Under the pieces are notes generated by a model, which did not search any database, had not been told where the DNA came from, and was given only the letters and a program-made list of their open reading frames with translations. Shown here piece after piece: positions 1-10,944 of a DNA stretch of 64,000 nt (positions are counted from its first letter, which is position 1; each line of letters opens with the position of its first letter). This stretch comes from Chiloscyllium plagiosum (lineage: Eukaryota). Position numbers and translations under genes: made by a program. Location of the stretch: NCBI RefSeq assembly GCF_004010195.1, contig NC_057749.1, forward strand, positions 13,576,543-13,640,542, given 5' to 3'.

Positions 1-1082
1 CTCAATGAAACTTCACATATCGAACATAGTCTTCTACTCTTTCTCAACAGTGTCATGGACGATCTTACATCCACTTGAGGAAACAAACTCTACTTCAGTT
101 CAGTATCCCACCCCAGAATATGAAAAAGTCAAGGTCAGAACTTGAGCAAACACCAGCGCTTTTTGTCAACATCATGTTTCAGTGTTGTTGAGCCAGCAGC
201 TGATGTCATTGTCAACACCATGTGTTGTAGATATACAAGGACATTCAAGTTCAATGATTAATGACTGCGGCATCATTACTGCAGGCTTGTGAAATAACTA
301 GCAATTACTCAAACATTTTCTGAAAATTAACTGATTATTCCTTCCCAATTCAAACAATTGCTTATCAATTATATTGAAATCCTTCCATAATGCTATCTAC
401 TATAGTGTGGAGTTCAGTACAATGCATTTCTTAGACCCTCAAAATGTCATTTAAATAGAATTTGACCTGTGTGGTATTAAATCACATCAGAACAGCTTTG
501 AGCTTTAGTAACTGAGATCTTCTGAGGCACCAAGTTTGTAGGGTTGCCAATCGAGCAGGCTGATCGGTCTTGAATAATGTCCAGCTTTGTGTGGGAAGTA
601 TTCAATCATACACCTGACCTGTGTCTTGTAGATGGTGGACAGGTTTTGGGGAGTCAAGAGGCAAATTACTTGCTGCAGAATTCCTAGTCTCTGACCTCCT
701 CCTGCTCCCAAGTGTTTATATAGATGGTATTCTCAGTCTCTGGACTAAGTTTGTGATGGCTCACATGCTTACAGATACTGTGGACATTTATTACTCAGAA
801 CAATCACAATTTGTTTTTGCTAAATGTGAATAATCTGAATAGTCACTCCAGATTAGCTGCCATATGCCATCCCCTTTCCTCAATGATCGTGATACAATTC
901 CCAATTCCCTTCCTTCTACAAATGCAGTGACAAGCACCCCCACTTGCAATACTAACACTGTACACCCACTTTAAAAGGAAAAATTAAAACATAACTATAT
1001 AATCATCTGATGATGTAACACTTGTTGAATTCATTTGATTTGGAGTGCAAAGATTTGATGCTGTAATACAGAAAGCCATTCA

Positions 1083-1940
1083 GGAGAAAGTGAGGACAGC
1101 AGATGCTGGAGATCAGAGTCGGTGGTGTGGTGCTGGAAAAGCACAGCAGTTCAGGCAGCATCCAAAGAATGGGAGAAACGACATTTTGGGCATAAGTTTT
1201 CATCAGGAATGAGACTTGTGGGCCAGAGGGGGTGTGAGATAAATGGGAGGGGGGGTGTGCTGGGGCTGGGGCTGGGGAAGGTAGCTGAGAATGCAATAAG
1301 GTGGGGGAGAAAGTGGTAGTTCAGAGAGGAGGGTGGACCAGATAGATGGGACGTATGATGGACATGTCAAGAGGGCGGTGCCGAGTTGAAGGCTAGGGAC
1401 TAGGATAAGGTCGGGGGAGGGGAAATGAGGAAAATGGTGAAATCCACATTAATCCCATGTGTTTGCAGGTCCCAAGGCAGAAGATACGGCATTCTTCCTC
1501 CAGGCATTTGACGATGGAGGCAGCCCAGGAACTGAATGTCCTTTGTGGAGTGGGAGGGGTAGTTAACGTGTTCAGCTCCAGTGCAGTGGGGTTGGTGGGT
1601 GCGGGTTTCACCGAGATGTTCTCTGAAACGATCCACAAGAAGGCATCCTGTCTTCCTGATGTAGAGGATACCACATTGGGTGCAACAGATACAGTAGATG
1701 ACATTTGTGGAAGTACAGGTAAATTTGTGTCGGATTTGGAAGGATCATTTTGGGCCTTGGACGGTGGTGAGGGTGGAGGTGTGGGCATAGGTTTTGCACT
1801 TCTTGCGGTGGCAGGGGAAGGCGCCAGGAGTGGAGTGTGGACTGGTGGAGGATGTGGATCTGACAAGGGAGGCACGGAGGTAATGGTCTCTCCGAAATGC
1901 TGATAGGGATGGGGAGGAAATATATCCCTATTGGTGGGGT
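1083..1940 (-). mobile_element. Penelope-like retroelement 3' fragment (decayed GIY-YIG endonuclease plus terminus)
   Basis: Minus-strand frames give DRFREHL...HVNYPSHS...HGINVDF, typical of the PLE GIY-YIG C-terminus. The terminus carries a decayed CTGATGA...AAA motif at about 1178-1207. Confidence 0.75.
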
Positions 1941-4024
1941 CAGCTATGCACCCCATCGTGCCTGTGAACAATTCTCTCAACAGTAATCCAATTAGTCCCA
2001 CTTTCCTGCTCTTTCCCCATTGTCTTGCAAGTTTGCTATTCCATATCTACGCCTAATTCCCTTTTGAAATTATTGTTGAGTCTCCTTCAGACATAGCATT
2101 CAAGACCATAGGAATTTTCTACATAAAAACAAGTCCATTCTTCTTCCCTACGGTTCTTTTGCCAACTATTTTGAAGTCAGCTTCCCTTAGTTACAGGCCC
2201 ATCTCCCAAGTGTCAGCAAAAAGTGTTTATGTGTTTAGTATATCAAAACCCTTCATAATTTTGATCGTTTCCAATTAATCTCCTTTCCACATGGTAAACC
2301 CAAATAAAAGTCTAGTTTGTAGCTTGTCAACCAATAGCTGAGATAGCTTATGAGATACTCCACCACTCAAAACATGTCCTGATGCTTGAACTGCGGCTAG
2401 CCCTAGGAAACATACCATAAATACCATCACCAGACAGTGACCGATATCTACAGAATGGCTCTCCAGCATGAATCATTGTCTTGAAGAGTGGCCAACAAAT
2501 AGAGGCTGTTTGCTTTGAGCATCACTCTTGCAGTTCATCATGTGTCTGAGCTACTGAAAACTTTTATGTTATTTACTTTTCTTTGGTAATAAAGTTTAAT
2601 CAGCAGCAACAAGTGAGAACAAAGAGGTTCAGAAAATTGAGAGAGATTAGAGTAAATATGAAAAGCTGACTTGAATAGAAAGACTGCACCTAGTAATTAT
2701 GGCATCTAGAACAATGTGACATAAGATTAAATATAAAACATTTAGAACGCAACAATGTTAAGGGTGTGGTATACAGTGTCAGAGTAAGTGACAAAAGCTA
2801 ACAAAATCCTCATTTCAAAAGAGTTTAGCTAGGGGGCTGAAAGGAAAGAGAATAAAGGGATAAGACAATTTAGTGGGCCCATGAGATGAGGGCCACTGCT
2901 TGCTTTAAGAACTTATATCAACATGAACTATTTGAGGTCGGGAGATGGGCCAAGTCTGCTTCCATGTTATTTTTTTCTTTGGCTCAGGGCACTGAAGTCC
3001 CAAAGAAATAAGGAAATTATAAAACGTACAAAAACATCAATTACAATCATCTGTAAACATGCTATTTGGTAATTGATCAAGAATAGAACTGAGCACTAAC
3101 CCATGTTTATTTTTAAACTTGGCAGAAAAACAAAATTAAGGACAAACTACTTCAGAGGCCTCAACTGTCAACCACAGAACATGGGACTGGAGTCACATAC
3201 AGGCCAGAGCAAGCAGAATAGATAGATTTTCAGTTTTGATCATAGAATCCCTACATTGTGGAAGCAGACCCTCTTGACAAAGCAGTCCACACTGACCCTC
3301 TGAACAGCATCCCACCCCATTACTCTATCCCTGCATTTCCCAAAGCTAATCCATTAATGGACATTAGTGTTTTTAGTTGCGTCCTTTGGCAACCCATCAA
3401 GTTTACAAGATTGTGTTTATTGATAGCCTCCCACAAATGATCAGATTCCCACAATCACAATCAGAACTTGCCAGTTCCAGATCTAACACTCATCCCCTGC
3501 TGTGGAAGTCGAGTACTCCAGCCACTGCCACAGTATTCATGATACACAGACAAAAACATCAATTAGGTCCATATTTGCAATGGCACTTATAAAAGTGAAA
3601 GGTCATAACCTCAGCACATTTGCACATGTAATCCCAGCTCTAATTAGGTCAACAGGTTTGTAATTTGCTTTTCTTTCAACTGGTCTGACCTTGGGGGATA
3701 TTGGGAAGATGCCTCTCCATTTATTACTGGGGCAAGGTTATATTTTCCATTTGTTCTCAGCCTGAGTATGGGGTTGATAAGGAAAGGGAAGAAAAGAATG
3801 ATCTAATGCAAAGTAATTATCAATGAAGGATCATAATCTTAAAACTTCACACACAAATCACCCCTTACTATTTCTTCCACCCATTCCCTATTCACCAATT
3901 CTGCACTCCTTGCTTAAAAGGACATAGTCTAGAAAAGGCTGGTCTTGTGGCACTGTGACCCTCTGAGCCAGAGGGTCCAGGTTCATGTCCCCCTCCAGGG
4001 CATCAGCCAAGGGTTGAACAACGA

Positions 4025-4843
4025 GACCGTGGAGTACAGGTTCATAGCTCCTTGAAAGTGGAGTCACAGGTAGATAGGATAGTGAAGAAGGCGTTTAGTA
4101 TGCTTTCTTTTATTGGTCAGAGTATTGAGTAGAGTTGGGAGAACATGTTGCGGCCGTACAGGACGTTGGTTGGGCCGCTGTTGGAATGTTGCATGCAATT
4201 CTGGTCTCCTTCCTATCAGAAAGATGTTGTGAAACTTGAAAGGGTTCAGAAAAGATTTACAAGGATGCTGCCAGAGTTGGAGGATTTGAGCTATAGGGAG
4301 AGGCTGAACAGGCTGGGGCTGTTTTCCCTGGAGCGTCAGAGGCTGAGGGATGACCGTATAGAGGTTTACAAAATTATGAGGGGCATGGATAGGATAATTA
4401 GGCAAAGTCTTTTCCCTAGGGTCAAGAGTCCAGAACTAGAGGGCATAGAGTCATAGAGATGTACAGCACGGAAACAGACTCTTCGGTTCAACCCGTCCAT
4501 GCCGACCAGATATCCCAACCCAATCTAGTCCCACCTGCCAGCACCCGGCCCATATCTCCACCCAGTTTAGGGTGAGAGGGGAAAGATATAAAAGAGACAT
4601 AAGGGGCATCTTTTTCATGCAGAGGGTGGTACGTGTATGGATTGAGCTGCCAAAGGAAGTGGTGGAGGCTGGTACAGTTGCAACATTTAAGAGGCATTTG
4701 GATGGGTATATGAATAGGAAAGGTTTGGAGGGATATGGGCCGGGTGCTGGCAGGTGGGACTAGATTGGGTTGGGATATCTGGTTGGCATAGACGGGTTGG
4801 ACCAAAGGGTCTGTTTCCATGCTGTACATCTCCATGACTCTAT
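4025..4843 (+). mobile_element. CR1-type LINE 3' fragment with a nested inverted CR1 3' end (about 4447-4560)
   Basis: ORF remnants LECCMQFWSPSYQKDVVKLERVQKRFTRML and FFMQRVVRVW...FKRHLDGYM; 3' end ...catgactctat. Confidence 0.85.
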
Positions 4844-4854
4844 CTATAACACAG

Positions 4855-6427
4855 GGAGAAAGTGAGGACTGCAGATGTTGGAGATCAGAGTCAAGATTGT
4901 GGTGAAGAAGCATCGATGGTCAGGTAGTATCCGAGGAGGAGCAGAATCAACTTTTTGGGCATAGGCCCTTCTTCAGCAATGAGGCCTGTGGATCAGGGGC
5001 ATGTCAGACAAACAGGAAGTGGGGTAGGGTTGAGGTGGTTGGGGGCGGGGGGGGAGGAGAGGTAACTGAGAATGCAATAGATAGATAAGGGGGGGGAGAA
5101 GATCATAGGTCAGAGAGGAAGGTGGAGCAAATAGATGGGAAAGGATTTGGACAGGTCAAAAGGGCGGTACCGAGTTGGACACATGGGACTGAGATAACGT
5201 GGGGGCAGGGGAAATGAAGAAACTGGTGAAATCGACATTAATCCTGTGTGGTTGCATGGCCCCAAGGCAGAATATGAGGCGTTCTTCCTCCAGACGTTAG
5301 GTGCTAAGGGTTTGGCAATGGGGGAGGCCCAGGATCTGTGTGTCCTTGGTGGAGTGAGAGGGAGAGTTAAAGTGTTCAGCCACAGGGCGGTGGGTTTGGT
5401 TGGTTGGCGCGGGGGTCCCAGAGATGTTATCTGAAACAATCCGCAAATTGGCGTCCTGTCTCCCCGATGTAGAGGAGACCACATTGGGTGCAACAGATAC
5501 AGTAATTGATATTGGTGCAGGTACAGGTAAATCTCTGTCGGATGTGGAAGGATCCATCTTCCGTAGCTACACCGGTACTATCGCCCACCTGTTCCTCTGC
5601 TTCACCAATGACTGTATCGGCGCTACCTCATACTCCACAAGGAAGTTGAACAGTTCATCAACTTCACTAACACCTTTCACCCCAACCTCAAACACAACCA
5701 ACCCCCACCGCCCTGTGGCTAAACACTTCAACTCCCCCTCCCAATCCACCATGGACATGCAGGTCCTGGGCCTCCTCCATCACCAAACCCTTACCACCCG
5801 ACGTCTAGAGGAAGAACGCCTCATATTCTGCCTTGTGACCCTGCAACCACATGGGATCAATGTGGATTTCACCAGTTTCCTCATTTCCCCTCCCCCACAT
5901 TATCCCAGTCCTAAACCTCCAACTCGGCACCGCCCTCTTGGCCTGTCCATCACCTTTCCCATCTATCCGCTCTACCTTCCTCTCTGACCTATCACCTTCT
6001 CCCCCACTTCATCTACCTATCGCGTTCACAGCTACCTTCCCCCACCGGCGGCACGGTGGCACAGTGGTATGGGCGGCACGGTGGCACAGTGGTATGGGCG
6101 GCACGGTGGCACAGTGGTATGGGCAGCACAGTGGCACAGTGGTATGGGCAGCACGGTGGCACAGTGGTATGGGCGGCACGGTGGCACAGTGGTTAGCACT
6201 GCTGCCTCACAGCGCCAGAGACCCGGGTTCAGTTCCCGCCTCAGGCGACTGACTGTGTGGAGTTTAATCTAATCTAATCTAATCTAATCTAACCCCCAGA
6301 CCAAGCTCCACCCCCCCCTCCCATTTATCTCTTCATTCCTGATGAAGGGCTTATGCCCAAAACGTCGATTCTACTGCTCCTCGGATGCTGCCTAATATGC
6401 TGTGCTTTTCCAGCACCACACACTCGC
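4855..6427. mobile_element. Penelope-like element insertion with internal inversion (tail-out arms), 13-bp TSD
   Basis: Minus arm about 4855-5560 and plus arm about 5560-6427 both encode GIY-YIG C-terminal remnants (PVAKHFNSPSQS...RRLEEERLIFCLVTLQPHGINVDF). Flanked by the direct repeat ATCTATAACACAG at 4842-4854 and 6428-6440. Confidence 0.8.
6046..6293 (+). mobile_element. HE1/V-SINE-type tRNA-derived SINE with tandemly repeated 5' end
   Basis: GGCGGCACGGTGGCACAGTGGTTAGCACTGCTGCCTCACAGCGCCAGAGACCCGGGTTCAGTTCCC (A and B boxes), an (AATCT)n tail, and five extra 25-bp head copies. Confidence 0.85.
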
Positions 6428-8140
6428 ATCTATAACACAGCCAAATAGTTGATTATCAGCTTGAAAATACTTCCAACACACAGCAATGACAAGTAATTAA
6501 GATTGTAAGCTATGCTCAATGGGGAGTGGTACCCCAAAGCTACAGCCACTGGCAACAATCTGGTGACCTCCAGTGAAAATTAGCTCCAGTAACAGACATT
6601 AGCATATGCTTTATAGTGTCATGCGTCACTGGATGTGGGAAAGTCTCCAAGTCTAAATTAGTCATGAAAAGTACTGGGAGTTATGCATTTCCTTCATCAT
6701 GGCATATGATTCAACTGGGAGAATCCTGGATCACATGCCAACTCTGGCTCCACTTCATCAGAGAGCAACATAGCTGACAGATCTTGTGGCTTCTCTATAA
6801 ATTAATGAAACAAAGCCCAGTACAGAGTCACACAGGACATGCAAGTGATATCCAGGGCTCTCATAGGGGGACACTTGCATATTGGCACCAGTAAAAAAAA
6901 TAATACTGCGTCTCACAATGTGATTGCTCTGCACAGTATTCATTTGGAGGGTTAAATTCCACAATTGTTCCTACATTTGACATGAACAATACTCCATTCC
7001 CAAAGTGAATTGGGAACAGAAATGCCCGAAGTGAAGAAATATTCACAAATCCTCTGCTGTAATATTCTGAATCAATCATACATCTTGATGAAAAACATTA
7101 AGAATACAAAAGCAAAACAGATGCACATATTTAGCTTAAATTACAGCATCACATTCAAGGTAACACAAAAAAGACTTGATATAGAAGCAGTATATCCCTT
7201 CCAAATAGACTCCAAGACCAATTAAAGTGTTTCATAGACTTAACAGCATATCACATGAAGCTAAATTGTGATGCCTGATCTTAAAAAAACTCAGCAACCC
7301 CAATTTGTCCTCTGATCACAGTGAACTCACTGAACTATCTTCAGCATGACAAGTGAGACTTAAAACACAGTAAACACAAATTCATGTCCTGAAAAATATT
7401 CACAAACTCCCAATAGAAAATGTGAATATTTTCTTGTCAAACTAACACTTACATGGCTAAAAGAACAAGTCCTCAGGATTTGTAATGTCCAGTGTTCAAT
7501 CCTTACCACGTACTCTACACTGATACTTCACTAAGAAAGCACTTGTCTCTGCTCCTAGGCCTGGCCAAACTGGCCATAAACAGGTCCAGGCAGCGTGCCA
7601 TGGAGGGAGCCATTAGGGCTGATTGCCTGCCCCTCTTCCATGCTAATATTTGAGCTTGGGTGTCCCTGAAGCAGCAGCACGGCTTGAGCTGTTATGGGAG
7701 AGGTGAGCACTGCAGGGAGTGGAGTGTTTTATTTCCCCCTACAACTCTATTCTGATTCAATCCCAGCCCCGCCCTTCACTTTTTGATCACACAGCATTAC
7801 CCTTTGTCGAGAAGGGCACTGCTTGTCACTTGCCACTCTGGTGTTTTCTTTCTTCCTGGTGGTGGAATATAAATAAATATTTACACACTTGTTCTTCACT
7901 GTGTCTGACACCTGCACACACATGATATGAGTGCTGGGGAAAATAAGTACTTCTGCTGTTAGGCAGTAGTGTGCGGGGAAATTAAAAAGAAAAAGAAAAA
8001 AATAAATAAACTGGAGTGTCAGAGCGTCTGTGCACTCAAAAAATAAAGCATCTATTAGTCAGGTGGATTGCTGTTCAATGGCCAAGAAAAAATTATAGTC
8101 AGTTGCTTGCTGCTGATGGATTTGTGCTGTATATAAGCAA

Positions 8141-8272
8141 GATTTGGAGATGCCAGTGTTGGACTGGGGTTTACAAAGTTAAAAATCACACATCACCAGG
8201 TTGTAGTCCAATAGCTAGTGCTTCCAATTAAACCTGTTGGACTATAACCTGGTGTTGTGTGATTTTTAACTG
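8141..8272. mobile_element. Short fold-back PLE-terminus element (family B), centre deleted
   Basis: Tail TTGGAGATGCCAGTGTTGGACTGGGG, then inverted arms GTTAAAAATCACA...GTCCAA / TTGGAC...TGTGATTTTTAAC. Same family as the copies at 27568, 32502 and 46006. Confidence 0.75.
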
Positions 8273-9040
8273 TGTATAAACAAAGTCTGTACACAATGGT
8301 GACTGAGACTCAAAAACCATCAATATTGGCTCTGCACCACTCTGCGGACAAGTCTGGAGGTGGGCGTAAATAAAATCTAGGCGAAAGTGAGGACTGCAGC
8401 AGATGCTAGAGATTAGAGTGTGGTGCTGGAAAAGCGCAGCAGGTCAGGCAGCATCCGAGGAGCAGGAGAGTCGATGTTTCGGGCATTAGCCCTTCATTAG
8501 GAAACGTTGTGAAAAAAAAAAAGACGTCTCACGGGGCAAGCCAGAGAGAGGTAGGGGGTTTATGTCCGGGCCAATGTTTAGGTCAAAACGACAGGTAGAG
8601 CCAACAGAACAGAGCACTTTAGCAGTATCACCGTGCTGCCTGCGCGCAATTTGGTTAGCCCATGGTACACCGCATGTTAACAGTGACCGCGCTCTATTGG
8701 CTGCAGAGCCTCCAAGTGTTGTGAAAAGGGCGCTATGTCAATGCAAGTCTCTCTTTGTACAGGGGTGCACTTTGGGAGCTTTATCTTTTCAGGGTGGGGT
8801 TTTTTTTTGTGCGTGACTTTTGACCCGCCGCCTGTCCCTCCTCACCCCCCCCCCAACTCTCAGGATCTGCCCGAGGGAGGCGGTGACGTTCTCGCTTTCT
8901 CCCGGACTCCGACCCCGAGGCTCCGAGTGAGGCCTGCTGCCGTGACCCCCCCCCCCTCAGCGGGGATCGGGCTAGGCCTCGGCCAACCCTTCCCGCTCCC
9001 CGGAGTCGGCTTGTCGGGGCTCGCTCGCTCGCTCACTCAC

Positions 9041-9085
9041 CGCCGCCGGTATCCGCCGCCCGGCCTCAGAAAAGAGTCGGAACAT
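9041..9085 (-). CDS. ETFA: Electron transfer flavoprotein alpha subunit, coding exon 1 (start of mitochondrial transit peptide)
   Basis: Minus strand reads aagATGTTCCGACTCTTTTCTGAGGCCGGGCGGCGGATACCGGCGGCG|gtgagt = MFRLFSEAGRRIPAA with a phase-0 donor. This resembles the short human ETFA exon 1 (MFRAAAPGQLRRA). It lies in a CpG island divergent from ISL2, as in mammalian synteny. No exon 2 was found in the window, so it probably lies left of position 1. Confidence 0.75.
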
Positions 9086-9172
9086 CTTCCAGAATCTTCC
9101 ACCACCCGGAGATCTCGCGAGAGTTCGCCACCGCCGACCCCCCCCCCCGAGATCTCGCGAGAACGCGTCCCC

Positions 9173-9186
9173 ACTCCCCCTGGTGG
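9173..9186 (-). promoter_or_regulatory. CTCF-type motif (minus orientation)
   Basis: Minus strand TGACCACCAGGGGGAGTGG, close to the consensus CCACCAGGGGGCGC. Confidence 0.5.
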
Positions 9187-9204
9187 TCAGGCTTGGCCAT
9201 TGCC

Positions 9205-9565
9205 ACTGTAGATGAGGTGGTAACGTCCCTACCTCTGGGTCAGGAGAGCGGGGGAATTCAGTCCCACCCGCCCAACGTAATAAGAATCTCTGAACAGGTT
9301 GGTTAGGAAAATATGTGTAATGCGTCCATCAGGCTTCTTGTGGGAGAGTGGTAGTATCCCTACCTCTAAGCCAGGAGACCAAAGGTTTAGTCTGACCCAC
9401 TACAGAAGCGTGTAATAAGCATCTCTGACCATGTTGGTTAGGAACATGTCTATAATGCATCAATGAGGGTTCTTGTGGAGCAGTGGTGGTGTCCCTATCT
9501 CAGAGGAGACCACTTGCCTCTGAGGTGTGCAATAAACATCTCTGAATGGCTTGGTTAGAAATATT
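9205..9565 (+). repeat. Three tandem diverged copies of a ~120-130 bp tRNA-like SINE unit
   Basis: Recurrent GTGGTA(G/A)(T/C)GTCCCTACCTCT...ATCTCTGAAC/CAGGTTGGTTAG motifs. Dispersed relatives at about 3937-4025, 21098-21205 and 56845-56955 (minus). Confidence 0.6.
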
Positions 9566-10944
9566 CCAACTATTGCTGCATGACACTCAATGGCATCACT
9601 ATCCTTGAATCCCCCACTCAGGTTGAAATGGTCCACAACTGGGTAAAGACAGGAGACTGACACCAGGTAACAGAGTTGGTGCAATTGCGACGGGTCAAAT
9701 GGCCTCCTTCTGCACTGTAGCAATTCAGTGATTCTTTCAAAGTCCTGATGGTTGCCATTAACCAGAAACTTGACTGGACCTGTTGGGCTATATGGACTAT
9801 ATAAATACTGTGGCCACATAAGCAGGTCAGAGGATTGGAAGCCTGCAGCAAGTCAGCCGGAATGAATCAGCTCCACCAACACTCAAGAAGCTTGACACCA
9901 TCCAGCACAAAGTAACCTCTCTGATTGGCACCACCAACATTCAGTAGCAGCAGAGTGTACCATCTACAAAGTGCACTATAGAATTTCTCCAAGGCTCCTG
10001 AGCACCTTCCAAACCCACAACCACTACCATCCAAAAGAGATGAAAATGTGTTGCTGGAAAAGCGCAGCAGGTCAGGCAGCATCTAGGGAACAGGAGAATC
10101 GACGTTTCGGGCATTAGCCCTTCTCTCATGCATCTGCAGACCTCACTTTCTCCACTACAATCCAAAAGGGCAAGGCAGACACATGGGAACAACACCTGCT
10201 GCAAGTCCCCATTCAAGTTACTGACCATCCTGACTGGGAAATATATCATCATTCCTTCAGTGATAATGCATCAAAATCCTGGAACTCCCCTCCTGATGGT
10301 AGTGTAGGTGGATAGACATCAAATAGGCTGCAGTATTTCAAGAAAGAAGCTCAACCCCTTCTCCAGGGCAACTAGAGATGGGTAGTACATGTTGACCCAG
10401 TCAGGGATTCCCACATCCCCAAATGAATAAAAAATGTTATGTTTGGCCCAGTGATGAGCATCTTCATAACATAAAAGACAACAAGGTATTGGCAAACCTT
10501 TTGAGGAAAGAGATATAAAGAGAACTGAGTGCTTTCTTATCCAAGTAACATCAAAACAAACCATCGTGGTATCAATTCATGCTACCTAGTACAAAACAAA
10601 GCTTCAGATATTGATGTTTGCAAGTTTGTGTGCATACAGGAACATGTCATGGGATTTGTGCCATTAGGAGACAACTCGTGCTGGAATGGTGAACACTATC
10701 ATTCATCAATTAGAAAAGGTGTCATTGTCTTTTTGAAAATTTAATGGTCAAAAGTTGTGATCATATAAAAATTTTGAAGAGAAAATAAAACATTTGCAAC
10801 AAGGAATTCTGGATGTCACCCTGTGAGCCATCCTTGTTCACTGCAGTGCACCTTCTTTAAATTTGATTGACAATGATGCTGCAAAGTGACACCTCAAGGT
10901 GATAGCTTTCTTTGACTGAGTACAACATCATGTTTATGTGTACT

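Larger units (their letters stand above)
8820..9200 (-). promoter_or_regulatory. CpG-island promoter of ETFA with two TCTCGCGAGA palindromes
   Basis: Very high GC/CpG density. TCTCGCGAGA (BANP/ZBTB33-type housekeeping promoter motif) at 9113-9122 and 9153-9162, just upstream of the ATG at 9085. Confidence 0.8.

Noticed and set aside
6046..6195. CRISPR-like or protein-coding repeat (ORF 5851-6252)
   Set aside because: The units are contiguous without spacers and equal the SINE 5' end; the context is eukaryotic.
6171..6245. tRNA genes (also 48490 and 54000)
   Set aside because: A and B boxes are present but continue into the HE1 body and tail, so these are SINE heads rather than tRNA genes.
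1..9040. ETFA exon 2 (STLVIAEH...CLVAG) on the minus strand
   Set aside because: No matching translation was found. The ORF at 2275-2469 has only a chance CLV, so exon 2 probably lies outside the window.
8735..9211. 158-aa Pro-rich plus-strand ORF
   Set aside because: A by-product of the GC-rich CpG island, antisense to ETFA exon 1, with no recognisable domain.
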